Assembly: GCA_963738485.1 (NCBI GenBank)
Contig: CAVTWK010000005.1
Span: 64,549-128,548 of the forward strand
Length of the DNA: 64,000 bases
Direction of reading: 5' to 3'
DNA from: an uncultured Acidobacteriota bacterium
GTDB lineage: Bacteria > Acidobacteriota > Vicinamibacteria > Vicinamibacterales > SCN-69-37
In this document: piece after piece, positions 43,811 to 52,969 of the stretch
Layout: every line of letters begins with the position of its first letter
Position numbering within the stretch: the stretch's first letter is position 1
Notes under the pieces: generated by a model
What the model was told of the DNA's origin: nothing
What the model saw: only the letters and a program-made list of their open reading frames with translations
Databases searched by the model: none
Translations under genes and position numbers: made by a program

Positions 43811-44803
43811 TCAGGCGCGCGACGGTCCCGGGAGGGCGGCGGCCAGTTCATCGCGCGTGACCGTGGCCGGTCCGAACCGCGCGACGACGAGGCCCGCGGC
43901 CGCGTTCGCGACACGCGCGGCTTCCGCGAGTCGCGCCCCGGCGGCGAGTCCCAGGGCCAGCGTGGCGATCACGGTGTCGCCGGCACCGGTCACATCCGAG
44001 ACCTCGCGCGCCTGGGCCGGCAGGGCCTCCTCGATGAACGGCGTCTCCGAGGCGTCGCAGACCCACATGCCGTGCTCGCCCCACGTGATGAGCACGCTGG
44101 CACCCGTCTGCTCGTGCAGACGACGCGCCGCGCGCCGCGCGTCGTCGGGCGTGCGGATCGCGATCTGCGTCATCTGCTCGGCTTCGTGATGGTTGGGCGT
44201 GATGACGGTGACGCCGCGGTAGCGTTCGGCCTGCGGCACCTTGGGATCGACGAGCAGCGGCACCCTCCGCGCCGCGGCGACCCGCGCCGCGGCGCGGAGG
44301 ACGTCCGGCGTCACCACGCCTTTGCGGTAGTCCGAGAGCACGAGCGCGTCGGCGGTTGCGCCGACGCGCTCGATGCCGGCGATGAGCGCGTCCCGCGCCG
44401 GACCCGCGGCCTCGGCGTCGTGCTCGTGATCGACCCGCGCGACCTGCTGATTGCGCGACGTGACGACCCGCATCTTGCGGGTCGTCACGCGCGTCTCGTC
44501 GGTGACGAGGCCGTCAGCCGGCAGGCCGGCGGCCTCGAGGGCGGCGCGCAGTACGCGCGCCGCCTCGTCTGCGCCGCACAGGCCCACCAGACTCACGCGT
44601 GCCGCGAGCGACGCGAGGTTGGCTGCGACGTTGCCCGCCCCGCCCAGCCGGTACTCGTCGCGCGCGTAGCGCACCACGGGGACCGGCGCTTCGGGCGAGA
44701 TCCGATCGACGTGTCCGATCAGGAAGTGGTCGAGCATCACGTCGCCGATGACGGCGACGTGCACCGTGGAGAATCGATCGATCAGCGCGGACAGGGTCGT
44801 CAT
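43811..44803 (-). CDS. rfaE1: D-glycero-beta-D-manno-heptose-7-phosphate kinase (RfaE domain I type, kinase only)
   Basis: 'VIGDVMLDHFLIGHVDRISPEAPVPVV...LGGAGNVAANL...TPNHHEAE...DVTGAGDTVIATLALGLAAG' is the PfkB-family HldE kinase domain. ATGA overlap with the upstream gene. Confidence 0.85.
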   Translation of the reverse strand: MTTLSALIDRFSTVHVAVIGDVMLDHFLIGHVDRISPEAPVPVVRYARDEYRLGGAGNVAANLASLAARVSLVGLCGADEAARVLRAALEAAGLPADGLVTDETRVTTRKMRVVTSRNQQVARVDHEHDAEAAGPARDALIAGIERVGATADALVLSDYRKGVVTPDVLRAAARVAAARRVPLLVDPKVPQAERYRGVTVITPNHHEAEQMTQIAIRTPDDARRAARRLHEQTGASVLITWGEHGMWVCDASETPFIEEALPAQAREVSDVTGAGDTVIATLALGLAAGARLAEAARVANAAAGLVVARFGPATVTRDELAAALPGPSRA

Positions 44804-46065
44804 TCGATGGACGTGCCGGCGTGGAGCCGCGGCGTGGTCGGCGCGCTCGCAGGCACGAAGGGGTCGGCCGGCGCCGCCTCGCCGCTCCGGGCCGCGAACG
44901 GCAGCGTGATCAAGCCCAGGAACAGCATCAGGAACTCGGAGTCGCCGAAGTTGTACTCGAAGAGGCCGGCGGTCATCATCGCGATGATGGCGCCGACGGC
45001 CGCGCCGGCGACGGCACGGAACGGGCCGCGCCGCAGTTGCCGCCAGGCGTCCGAGAACGACGCGCCAACGAACCAGAGGAACAGCACCAGCGCGGGCAGG
45101 CCGCGTTCGGCCGCGATCTGCATCGGCACGTTGTGCAGATGCGGGTTGTAGGTGTGGACCGGGTTGGGCCGCAGGTACTTCCCGTAGACGACGCCCACCA
45201 TCTCGGGGCCCACCCCGAACACCGGGTGATCGCGCACCATGTCGGCGCCCATGGCCAGCATCTGCAGGCGATCCCGATTCGACTCGGTCTCGGGGCTGAA
45301 CCCGCGCGCGGCCCGGTCGCGCACCTCGGCCGGGGCGACGAGGAACGCCAGGCCCAGCACGACGGGTGCGAACAGCAGCAACTTCACCTGCCGCACGGCG
45401 ACGAGGCAGCCGACCGCCACCAGCGTGCCCACCCAGGCGTTCTGTGTCAGCGTCAGTGCGAGGGCGGCGACGAGGGCCGGCATCGCGACGGCCGGCCACA
45501 CGCGCTGACCGGTGAAGAACAGCAGCCGCGCCGCGGCAGCGCACGTCACCAGCATCAGCACGCCAGCGAAGGTCATGTAGTGGGTGAGCAGCCCGGTCGG
45601 ACGTTCGTTCAGGTGGTCGTAGCCGAGCATGGCGTACTGAATCACGCCGACCAGCGCGCCGGCCGCGCCCAGGGCCATGATGACGTCGATCGTCGTGACG
45701 GCACGTCGTCCGCGCGCGAAACGTGCGACCACGGGCACCATCAGGAACAACCACAGTTGTTTGGAGTCAACGAGGCCGCGCAGGGGTTCGTCCGACATCG
45801 CTGCGCTCACCAGCGTCCAGCCGGCATAGAGCGCCAGCGGGAGCGCGAACGTGGGCCAGGCGGACGCCGGTGTGACGCCGACGGCCGCCGCCCCTGGCGC
45901 GGCCGCGGGCGCCTTGCGATCCTCGAGCGCGAGCACCAGCCAGCAGATCGCCGCGAGGCCGAACAGGATCTGCGCCGGGCCCAGCTTGAACTGCACGACG
46001 CCCAGCGAGGCGGTGACGAGCCAGAATCCCACGCGTTCGAGCGTCGCGACCGGTGTCGCGCTCAT
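44800..46065 (-). CDS. O-antigen ligase-like (WaaL/Wzy_C family) membrane protein
   Basis: 421 aa, polytopic. The loop 'TYNPHLHNVPMQIAAERGLPALVLFLW' is typical of the family. Confidence 0.7.
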   Translation of the reverse strand: MSATPVATLERVGFWLVTASLGVVQFKLGPAQILFGLAAICWLVLALEDRKAPAAAPGAAAVGVTPASAWPTFALPLALYAGWTLVSAAMSDEPLRGLVDSKQLWLFLMVPVVARFARGRRAVTTIDVIMALGAAGALVGVIQYAMLGYDHLNERPTGLLTHYMTFAGVLMLVTCAAAARLLFFTGQRVWPAVAMPALVAALALTLTQNAWVGTLVAVGCLVAVRQVKLLLFAPVVLGLAFLVAPAEVRDRAARGFSPETESNRDRLQMLAMGADMVRDHPVFGVGPEMVGVVYGKYLRPNPVHTYNPHLHNVPMQIAAERGLPALVLFLWFVGASFSDAWRQLRRGPFRAVAGAAVGAIIAMMTAGLFEYNFGDSEFLMLFLGLITLPFAARSGEAAPADPFVPASAPTTPRLHAGTSIE

Positions 46066-47135
46066 GCGGACGACCCCGCGAGCAGTCGCTCGGACGCGAG
46101 AGCGACCTCATCAGACGAAATGCCGCCCAGGCACCGGAAGTCTCCCGGCAGGCACGCCCGCTGATCGCACGGGCGGCACGGCAGGTCGCGGACGAACACC
46201 GACGAGGTCGGCAGGTGGCGAGGGCGCCACGGCGCCGACCGCTCCGCCAGCGTCGGTCCGTAGAGGCCGACGATCGGGACGTCGGAGGTGGCGGCGATGT
46301 GCAACGGGCCGCTGTCGCCGCCGACGTAGAGCGCGGCGCGGTCCATCAGGGCGCGCAGGTCGTCGAGGGAGAGGCCTTCGCCATCGACGATGCGCGTGTG
46401 GGCGTCACCGGCCCGGGCGCGTGCCGTGGCGATGACACGGGCGGCTGCGTCGCGATCGGACGGTCCCCCGGTGATGACGATCCATCGATCGGGCGCGGCG
46501 GCCACCAGGCGGCTCGCCAGGTCGGAGAACGCCTCCTCGGGCCACCGACGAAACGGATTGCCCGCACTCACGTGCAGGACGATCACGCGATCCGAGGGCG
46601 CCACGCGCCAGTTGGCCAACCGCCGCTGCACGGTGGCGGCCCCGGCGTCCGTCACGCGCATGATCACCCGGTCGCGTGCGGGGTCCGCCGGTGCGACGCC
46701 GACGTCGAGGGCCTGCAGGAGGTCCCACTGGTTCTCAACCGAATGCCGCGGTTGAAACTCGCGCGATCGGTGCACGACATGCGTGTACATCCAGGCTCGA
46801 CCGGGGACATCGTAGCCCACCCTGACGCGGGCTCGCGTCGAGAACGTCAGAAGCGCGCTGCGTGGTCCCCCGTGCAGATCGAGCACGACGTCGAACCGCC
46901 GGCGCCGCAGGTCGGCGGCCAGGCGCAGATCGTCGCGCACGCGCCGCCAGCCACGGCGATGCGGCACGACGATGACGTCGGAGAGATCAGGATGGCCCGT
47001 CACGACCGGAGCCGCGGCCGATTCGACCAGGTAGGTGAGACGCGCCGATGGGTAGAGACGACGCAGGGCGCCCGGGATGGGCGTCGTGAACACCACGTCG
47101 CCGATCAGGCGCAACCGGACCAGCAGGATGTTCAA
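46062..47135 (-). CDS. Glycosyltransferase family 9 (LPS heptosyltransferase)
   Basis: 'MNILLVRLRLIGDVVFTTPIP...YVGGDSGPLHIAATSDVPIVGLYGPT' is the GT9 signature. Confidence 0.85.
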   Translation of the reverse strand: MNILLVRLRLIGDVVFTTPIPGALRRLYPSARLTYLVESAAAPVVTGHPDLSDVIVVPHRRGWRRVRDDLRLAADLRRRRFDVVLDLHGGPRSALLTFSTRARVRVGYDVPGRAWMYTHVVHRSREFQPRHSVENQWDLLQALDVGVAPADPARDRVIMRVTDAGAATVQRRLANWRVAPSDRVIVLHVSAGNPFRRWPEEAFSDLASRLVAAAPDRWIVITGGPSDRDAAARVIATARARAGDAHTRIVDGEGLSLDDLRALMDRAALYVGGDSGPLHIAATSDVPIVGLYGPTLAERSAPWRPRHLPTSSVFVRDLPCRPCDQRACLPGDFRCLGGISSDEVALASERLLAGSSA

Positions 47136-47142
47136 CGCCGCA

Positions 47143-47325
47143 TCAGGCCTGGAGGGCTGGTTCGATCGTCGCCTCGTCCACCAGCATCACCGGGATGTCG
47201 TCCTTGATGGCGTAGACACGGTGGCACGCACCGCACTGCAGGGCCGTGCCCTCCTTCACCAGCCGGACCGGCACTTTACAGGCTGGGCAGACCAGAATAT
47301 CGAGCAGGGCGCGATCGACGGGCAT
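47143..47325 (-). CDS. Trm112/YcaR-family zinc-ribbon protein (UPF0434)
   Basis: 'LLDILVCPACKVPV...LQCGACHRVYAIKDDIPVMLVDEA' is the canonical Trm112p-like fold sequence. Confidence 0.85.
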   Translation of the reverse strand: MPVDRALLDILVCPACKVPVRLVKEGTALQCGACHRVYAIKDDIPVMLVDEATIEPALQA

Positions 47326-47390
47326 CCGAGGACTATAGCAGTCCCGGACCCTCCCCCGGCGCGCCGGATGTGCCAGAATCGGAGCGGGTC

Positions 47391-48749
47391 ATGACCACGT
47401 CTGCCGTGCTGCTGCTCGTTGCCCTCGCGGCGCAGGCCCCGGGGGTGCCGACGCCGGCCGTGGTCGCGCCGATGACCCCGGCCGAGCGATCCGGCGAAGT
47501 CTATTTCCTGTTCCTGCAGGCGCGCACGCAGGAGGACCGCGGGGCCACCGCCGAAGCAGAGGCCACCTACCGGCGCGCCATCGCGCTCGCCCCGAGCGTC
47601 GCCGACCTCCACGCGGATCTGGCCGCCCTGCTCGCGCGCGCCGGGCGCATCGAAGACTCGGTCGCGGAAGCTCGCGCGGCGCTGCGTCTCGACGACGGCA
47701 ATCGCGAGGCGCACCGCATCCTGGGCCTGGTGCAGGCCACCCTGCTCGATCAGAGGAGCGCCCCGGCTGATGCGCTGACGCTGGCCGAAGCCGTCGATCA
47801 CCTGGAGCGCACGCTGTCGGATGGGACGCGCGATCCGGGCGCCCAGGCGACGCTCGGCAGTCTGTACGTGCGGGGCGGACAGCACGGGAAGGCCATCAAG
47901 ATCCTGAACGCGTTTCTGATCGACCAGCCCGGTCATCCACAGGGGGTCATGCTGCTCGCGGAGGCCTACCGCCTGAACGGTCAGCCCGCTGAAGCGGCTG
48001 CGGTCCTGCGCGAAGCCATGGCGCCGGCCGGCGCTGCGTTCGACCTGCAGGCCGAACTGCGTCGGGCCGAGCAGGCCGAGGTCGCCGATCGCTGGGAGGA
48101 AGCCGCAGCGATCTGGAATGGCATCGTGACGAGCGGCCCAGCCGGCGCCACCTATCGGCAGGCCTATGCGATCGCCCTGGTCAACAGCGGCGATCTCGAG
48201 GCCAGTCGCCGCGTCCTCCGTGACCTGACGCGCGACGAGCCGACGGAGGCCGGATCGTGGTTTCTGCTCGCCGAAGTCGAGACGCGGGCCGGCAATGCCG
48301 ACGCCGTCGAGGATGCGGGCCGGCGCCTGGTGGCGCTCAAGTCCGATGACCCCCGCGGGCCGATCGCGCTCGCGCAGGCCCGCAGCCTGCGTGGCGATGC
48401 GCGCGGCGTGATTGCCGTCCTCGACGGCCCGGTCACGGCGGCGCGCCAGGCCGATCGGTCCTCCGGCGCCTACGCGCGCATGGCCGTGTTGCTCGGCCGG
48501 GCCTACGCGCAGAGTCAGGACGTCGGGCGCGCGCGGGTGGTGCTGGAGCGCGCGGCTTCGACCGTGCCCGAGAGCTCCGCGGTCCAGAGCTCGCTGGCCG
48601 ATCTCCACTTCGACGCGAAGCGGTACAAGGAAGCGGCCCAGGCCTGGGACCGCGCGTTGGCCGGCGATCAGCAGGGGATTGATGTCGCCGACATCACGCG
48701 CAAGCGGGACCGCGCCCGCGCGCTCTCCGGTAGCTCCGGAGTCCGGTGA
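47391..48749 (+). CDS. TPR-repeat protein, secreted or periplasmic
   Basis: Signal-like N-terminus 'MTTSAVLLLVALAAQAP' and multiple 34-aa Ala/Leu/Arg-rich TPR-like repeats. An alternative start is ATG 47370. Confidence 0.7.
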   Translation: MTTSAVLLLVALAAQAPGVPTPAVVAPMTPAERSGEVYFLFLQARTQEDRGATAEAEATYRRAIALAPSVADLHADLAALLARAGRIEDSVAEARAALRLDDGNREAHRILGLVQATLLDQRSAPADALTLAEAVDHLERTLSDGTRDPGAQATLGSLYVRGGQHGKAIKILNAFLIDQPGHPQGVMLLAEAYRLNGQPAEAAAVLREAMAPAGAAFDLQAELRRAEQAEVADRWEEAAAIWNGIVTSGPAGATYRQAYAIALVNSGDLEASRRVLRDLTRDEPTEAGSWFLLAEVETRAGNADAVEDAGRRLVALKSDDPRGPIALAQARSLRGDARGVIAVLDGPVTAARQADRSSGAYARMAVLLGRAYAQSQDVGRARVVLERAASTVPESSAVQSSLADLHFDAKRYKEAAQAWDRALAGDQQGIDVADITRKRDRARALSGSSGVR

Positions 48750-49636
48750 CCGGTTCCGCCCGCGGCCGTTCCCGCACTACGCCGCGCGTCGCTGAGGTCC
48801 CGGAACTGACGCCCAGGTCCCGGAGGCGGCGCCCCTTCCTGGCGTTGGTCGTCGTGGCGGTGATGGCCTCGTCCCTCGCGGGCTGTGCCGTTCGGCGGTA
48901 CACCGTGCCGACGGGCCCGTGGCAACCAGCGACCGACGCCTCGGTCGCCTGGCAGGAAGCGACGGCCGACTGCGCCGGCCTCCTGGCCCTGCGCGCGTCG
49001 GTGCGGCTCTCCGGCCGAGTCGGTCCCCAGGCGATTCCCGGATTCCGCAGCGCCACGCTCGGCGTAGCCGTCACCGCCGCCGACCAGGTCGGCCTCGAGG
49101 CGCGCCACTCGGGTCAGTTGCTGTTCAGGCTCGGGGGGACGGCCGATCGCACGGTGCTGTTCTGGAGCGAGGGCCCGCGCACGCTCACGGCCCCGGCCGC
49201 CGATCTGGTCGATGCGCTGATTGGCGTCAAGGTCACCCCGCGCCGCCTGCTGGCCATCCTCGCCGGGTGTGCCGGCACCGGCGGTCCAGTCGATCGCGCC
49301 GAGCGCAGCGGCGGCGACCTCCGCGTGACCACTCCCGACGCCGTCGTGTACCTGTCGCGGGTCGCCGGCGCATGGCGCGTGCGCGCGGCGCGCCTCGAGG
49401 GCATGTACGTCAGTTACGACCTCAGCCGCGGGCGGGCCGCGCCCGCGGCCGTCCGCATCGACTCTCTCCCGGAGGCCTCGCTCGTCGTGGCGCTGTCCCT
49501 GCGGCTCGTGGATGTCGAGCACAACCCCGAACCGGCGCTGCCGCCGGCCGCGTTCGCGGTCAACGTGCCGCCAGAGGCCTTGCCGATGACGCTCGACGAA
49601 CTGCGATCCTGGCGCAGCGGAGGCGAACTCCGATGA
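48746..49636 (+). CDS. Outer-membrane lipoprotein, LolB/DUF4292-like (positional equivalent of lolB upstream of ispE)
   Basis: Lipobox 'SSLAGC'. 'TAPAADLVDALIGVKVTPRRLLAILAGCA' resembles the LolB '[27 protein letters not shown]' segment. The synteny TPR-lolB-ispE-tRNAGln-prs-ctc-pth is known from beta/gamma-proteobacteria. GTG start overlaps the upstream stop. Confidence 0.55.
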   Translation: MTGSARGRSRTTPRVAEVPELTPRSRRRRPFLALVVVAVMASSLAGCAVRRYTVPTGPWQPATDASVAWQEATADCAGLLALRASVRLSGRVGPQAIPGFRSATLGVAVTAADQVGLEARHSGQLLFRLGGTADRTVLFWSEGPRTLTAPAADLVDALIGVKVTPRRLLAILAGCAGTGGPVDRAERSGGDLRVTTPDAVVYLSRVAGAWRVRAARLEGMYVSYDLSRGRAAPAAVRIDSLPEASLVVALSLRLVDVEHNPEPALPPAAFAVNVPPEALPMTLDELRSWRSGGELR

Positions 49637-50527
49637 GCGCGGCGCGATCGCTGGTGCTGCGACCGTCGGCCAAGGTCAACCTCACGCTGCGCGTAGGGCC
49701 GCTGCGGGCCGACGGGTTCCACGATGTGCGAACCCTGATGCAGTCGATCGCGCTCAACGACACGTTGACGATCTCGCCGCGTCGCGGGCCGTTCAAGTTC
49801 GAGACGCGCGCGCCCGGCATCCCGTCCGATCGGACCAACCTCGTCTGGCGTGCCGCCGAGGCCCTGTGGCGGTCGCTCAAGCGCCCGGGCGATCCGCGCG
49901 ACGTGCACATCCGCCTGGAGAAGCAGATTCCGTCGGCCGCTGGACTCGGCGGGGGCAGCGCGGATGCCGCCGCCGCGCTCGTCGGACTGAACGTGGCGTG
50001 GGAGGGCAGGCGGTCGCGGTCCGACCTGATGGAGCTGGCCGCTGAACTCGGGTCGGATGTGCCGTTCTTCCTCCAGGGGGGCACGGCCCTGGCCTCCGGG
50101 CGCGGCGAGGAGATTCTATCCCGTCGATGACGTCGATCGCCTGGGCCTGGTGGTCATCAAGCCGTCGTTCGGCGTCCCCACGGCCGATGCCTACCGATGG
50201 CTCGACGAGGACCGGGCGGCCGGGCACGCCGACGGCCGGGCCGTGCCGCGCGTGGCCCTGGGCTGGGCGGCCGGTCCGGTCGCCCTGGTCAACGACCTGC
50301 AGGCGCCGGTGGGGCGCCGGCACCCGGGCGTGGCCGAGATGCTGGAGGCCTGCCAGCGGGAAGGGGCACGGGGGGCGGCCATGACCGGGAGCGGATCCGC
50401 GGTATTTGGCGTGTTTTCGGAAAGTTCCGCCAGAAATGCCGTCCGCCGCCTTGCCCGCCCGGACTGGCTGGTGCTCCTGACCAGGACCCTGACCAGGCAG
50501 GAGGCTGCCCGCCGCCTGGGCCTGTGA
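49633..50527 (+). pseudogene. ispE: 4-diphosphocytidyl-2-C-methyl-D-erythritol kinase, one frame break (~50110-50118)
   Basis: 'AKVNLTLRV...DGFHDVRTLMQSI...KQIPSAAGLGGGSADAAAAL...GSDVPFFLQGGTALASGRGEEI' continues in the 50057..50527 frame as 'YPVDDV...VVIKP...TGSGSAVFGVF'. Confidence 0.9.
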
Positions 50528-50581
50528 TAGAATTCCGCGTTTGCGATGCTCTCGGCCGGACCCCATGGGGGGCGTCCTCGG

Positions 50582-50656
50582 TGGGGCGTGGCCAAGCGGT
50601 AAGGCGCGGGTCTTTGGAACCCGTATTCGAAGGTTCGAATCCTTCCGCCCCAACCA
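50582..50656 (+). tRNA. tRNA-Gln (anticodon TTG), CCA encoded
   Basis: Cloverleaf: acceptor tggggcg/cgcccca, D-arm gccaagcggtaaggc, anticodon stem cgggt/acccg with loop cTTTGGa (TTG), T-arm gaagg-ttcgaat-ccttc, then discriminator A + CCA. Confidence 0.9.
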
Positions 50657-50675
50657 CTCTTTTTCGTCAACCTAC

Positions 50676-51620
50676 ATGGCTCACGGTCCGTTAAAGCTGT
50701 TCTCGGGGAGTGCCCATCCGGCACTGGCGAAGGAGATGGCCGAGCATCTCGGGATTCCGCTTGGGATCGCGCGCCTCCATCGATTCCCCGACAGCGAGGT
50801 CTCGTTCCAGATTGACGAGAACATCCGCGGGACGGATGTGTTCATCGTGCAGCCGACGTCGGCGCCGGTGGACGAGCACCTGGTCGAGCTGTGCGTGATG
50901 ATCGATGCGTTCCGCCGGTCGTCGGCGTCGCGCATCACGGCGGTGATTCCGTACTACGGATATGCGCGGCAGGACCGCAAGGACAAGCCGCGGGTGCCGA
51001 TTTCGGCCAAGCTCGTGGCGAACCTCCTGAGCGCGGCGGGCACGAACCGGGTCTTGACGATGGACCTGCACAAGGCGCAGATCCAGGCGTTCTTCGACAT
51101 CCCGGTGGACCACCTGTTCGCCGCGCCGGTGATCATCGACTACCTGGCGCGTCAGAATCTCGGACCGGTGACCATCGTGTCGCCGGACGCCGGCGGCGCG
51201 GAACGCGCGCGGGCGTACGCCAAGCGGCTCGACGCGGATCTGGCGATCATCGACAAGCGCCGGAGTGAGGACGGCGTGGCCGAAGTGATGAACGTCATCG
51301 GCGATGTGCGCGGCAAGGTCTGCGTCATCGCCGACGACATCATCGACACGGCGGGCACGATTCAGAAGGCGGCGCAGGCCCTCAAGGACAACGGGGCGAC
51401 GCGCGTCTTCGCCACGGCGGTCCACGGGGTGCTCTCGGGACCCGCCATGAAACGCATCGAGGCGGCGCCGATCGACCGGCTGATCGTCGCCAACACGATT
51501 CCGCTCACGCCGGAGAAGGCGTCGTGCGAGAAAGTCGTGGTGCTGTCCGTGGCGCGCCTGCTCGCGCAGGCCATCCGCAGCATCCACGAAGAGACCTCCG
51601 TATCGAAGTTGTTTGTGTAG
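50676..51620 (+). CDS. prs: Ribose-phosphate pyrophosphokinase
   Basis: 'KLFSGSAHPALA...RITAVIPYYGYARQDRK...DLHKAQIQAFFDIPVDHL...VIADDIIDTAGT'. Confidence 0.95.
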   Translation: MAHGPLKLFSGSAHPALAKEMAEHLGIPLGIARLHRFPDSEVSFQIDENIRGTDVFIVQPTSAPVDEHLVELCVMIDAFRRSSASRITAVIPYYGYARQDRKDKPRVPISAKLVANLLSAAGTNRVLTMDLHKAQIQAFFDIPVDHLFAAPVIIDYLARQNLGPVTIVSPDAGGAERARAYAKRLDADLAIIDKRRSEDGVAEVMNVIGDVRGKVCVIADDIIDTAGTIQKAAQALKDNGATRVFATAVHGVLSGPAMKRIEAAPIDRLIVANTIPLTPEKASCEKVVVLSVARLLAQAIRSIHEETSVSKLFV

Positions 51621-51631
51621 AGGACAGACCC

Positions 51632-52294
51632 ATGGAAGCGATTCTCGAAGCAGTGCGTCGTGACACGTTCGGCAAGAACGAAGGCAACCGGCTCCGCATG
51701 AAGGGGCAGATTCCCGCGACGGTGTACGGCGGCGCGGACAAGCAGCCCGAGTCCCTGTCGGTCGATCCGAAGGAGCTGTCGCGGCTGCTGCACTCCAAGT
51801 CGGGCGCCAACACGCTGATCTCCCTGAAGATCGACGGCGGCGGCGCGACGCAGGTGCTCGTCAAGGAGTACCAGCTGCATCCCGTGTCCCACACCCTGCT
51901 GCACGCCGACTTCTACCGCGTGGCGATGGACAAGCTCATCAAGGTCACCGTACCGGTGCATCTGGTGGGCGAGGCCAAGGGCGTCAAGATCCAGGGCGGC
52001 ATCATCGACTTCGTGCATCGCGAGCTGTCGGTCGAATGTCTGCCGGCGGACATCCCGCAGGAAGTGGCGGTCGATGTCACGGAGTTGATGCTGTACGACG
52101 GCATCCGGGTGCGTGACGTCCAGACCGGCGGCAAGTGGAAGGCGCTGTCGGACGCCGACATGCTGATCGTCCACGTCATCGCGGCCAAGACGGAAGCCGA
52201 GCCGGCCGCCGCCGAAGCGGCGCCGGGCGCGGCGGCGACGGCCGAGCCCGAGGTCATCAAGAAGGGCAAGACCGACAAGGACGACGAGAAGTAG
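51632..52294 (+). CDS. rplY: 50S ribosomal protein L25 / general stress protein Ctc
   Basis: 'RRDTFGKNEGNRLRMKGQIPATVYG...LVKEYQLHPVSHTLLHADFYRV' with an acidic/Lys-rich tail. Confidence 0.9.
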   Translation: MEAILEAVRRDTFGKNEGNRLRMKGQIPATVYGGADKQPESLSVDPKELSRLLHSKSGANTLISLKIDGGGATQVLVKEYQLHPVSHTLLHADFYRVAMDKLIKVTVPVHLVGEAKGVKIQGGIIDFVHRELSVECLPADIPQEVAVDVTELMLYDGIRVRDVQTGGKWKALSDADMLIVHVIAAKTEAEPAAAEAAPGAAATAEPEVIKKGKTDKDDEK

Positions 52295-52314
52295 TCGTCG
52301 TTCCGGTCGTGGCG

Positions 52315-52893
52315 ATGAAGCTGGTGGTGGGCCTCGGGAATCCCGGGGAGGAGTATCGCGACACGCGCCACAACGTCGGCTTCGACGTCATCGACCGCGT
52401 GGCCGCCGATCACCGCCTGTCGTTCGAGGTGGGACCGGCGCGCGCGGTGCAGGCGAAGTGGCGGCTGGCCTCGGGCGACGCGGTGCTGCTGGCCAAGCCC
52501 CTCACGTTCATGAACCTGAGCGGCGAGGCGGTCGGCAGTCTGTGTCGGTACTACAAGGTGGCTGTCGAGGACCTGTTCGTGGTCTGCGACGACGTGAACC
52601 TGCCCCTGGGCCGGTTGCGCGCGCGAGCGAACGGGTCCGAAGGCGGACACAACGGATTGAAGTCGGTGGCGCAGCACCTGGGCACCACCGACTACGCCCG
52701 GCTCAGGATCGGCGTGGGCCGCGGAGACAACCGGCGCGATCTGGCGGATCATGTGCTCGCCAGGTTCGCGTCGGCCGAACGTCCCGGGATTGATGATGCG
52801 GTGGTCCGGGCCGCGAACGCCGTCGAGACATGGGTCGCCGACGGCCTCGCGAAGGTGATGAACACCTTCAACCGCGTCGAAGAAGGCACGTAG
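52315..52893 (+). CDS. pth: Peptidyl-tRNA hydrolase
   Basis: 'MKLVVGLGNPGEEYRDTRHNVGF...KPLTFMNLSGEAV...DDVNLPLGRLRARANGSEGGHNGLKS'. Confidence 0.95.
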   Translation: MKLVVGLGNPGEEYRDTRHNVGFDVIDRVAADHRLSFEVGPARAVQAKWRLASGDAVLLAKPLTFMNLSGEAVGSLCRYYKVAVEDLFVVCDDVNLPLGRLRARANGSEGGHNGLKSVAQHLGTTDYARLRIGVGRGDNRRDLADHVLARFASAERPGIDDAVVRAANAVETWVADGLAKVMNTFNRVEEGT

Positions 52894-52914
52894 GTCCGGG
52901 CAGGGTGCCCGGAC
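52894..52914 (+). terminator. 9-bp perfect hairpin directly after the pth stop; candidate terminator or attenuator, no clear U-tract
   Basis: gtccgggca-ggg-tgcccggac starts 1 nt after TAG 52891-52893. Confidence 0.3.
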
Positions 52915-52926
52915 CCCTTACTCCTT

Positions 52927-52948
52927 GCCACGCCCCCTGGGGCGTGGC
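52927..52948 (+). promoter_or_regulatory. 9-bp hairpin 12 nt upstream of the rpsF Shine-Dalgarno; candidate S6:S18 autoregulatory leader element
   Basis: gccacgccc-cctg-gggcgtggc, followed by AAGGAGG (52960-52966) and ATG 52970. Confidence 0.3.
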
Positions 52949-52969
52949 CGTATGTCCACAAGGAGGCAT

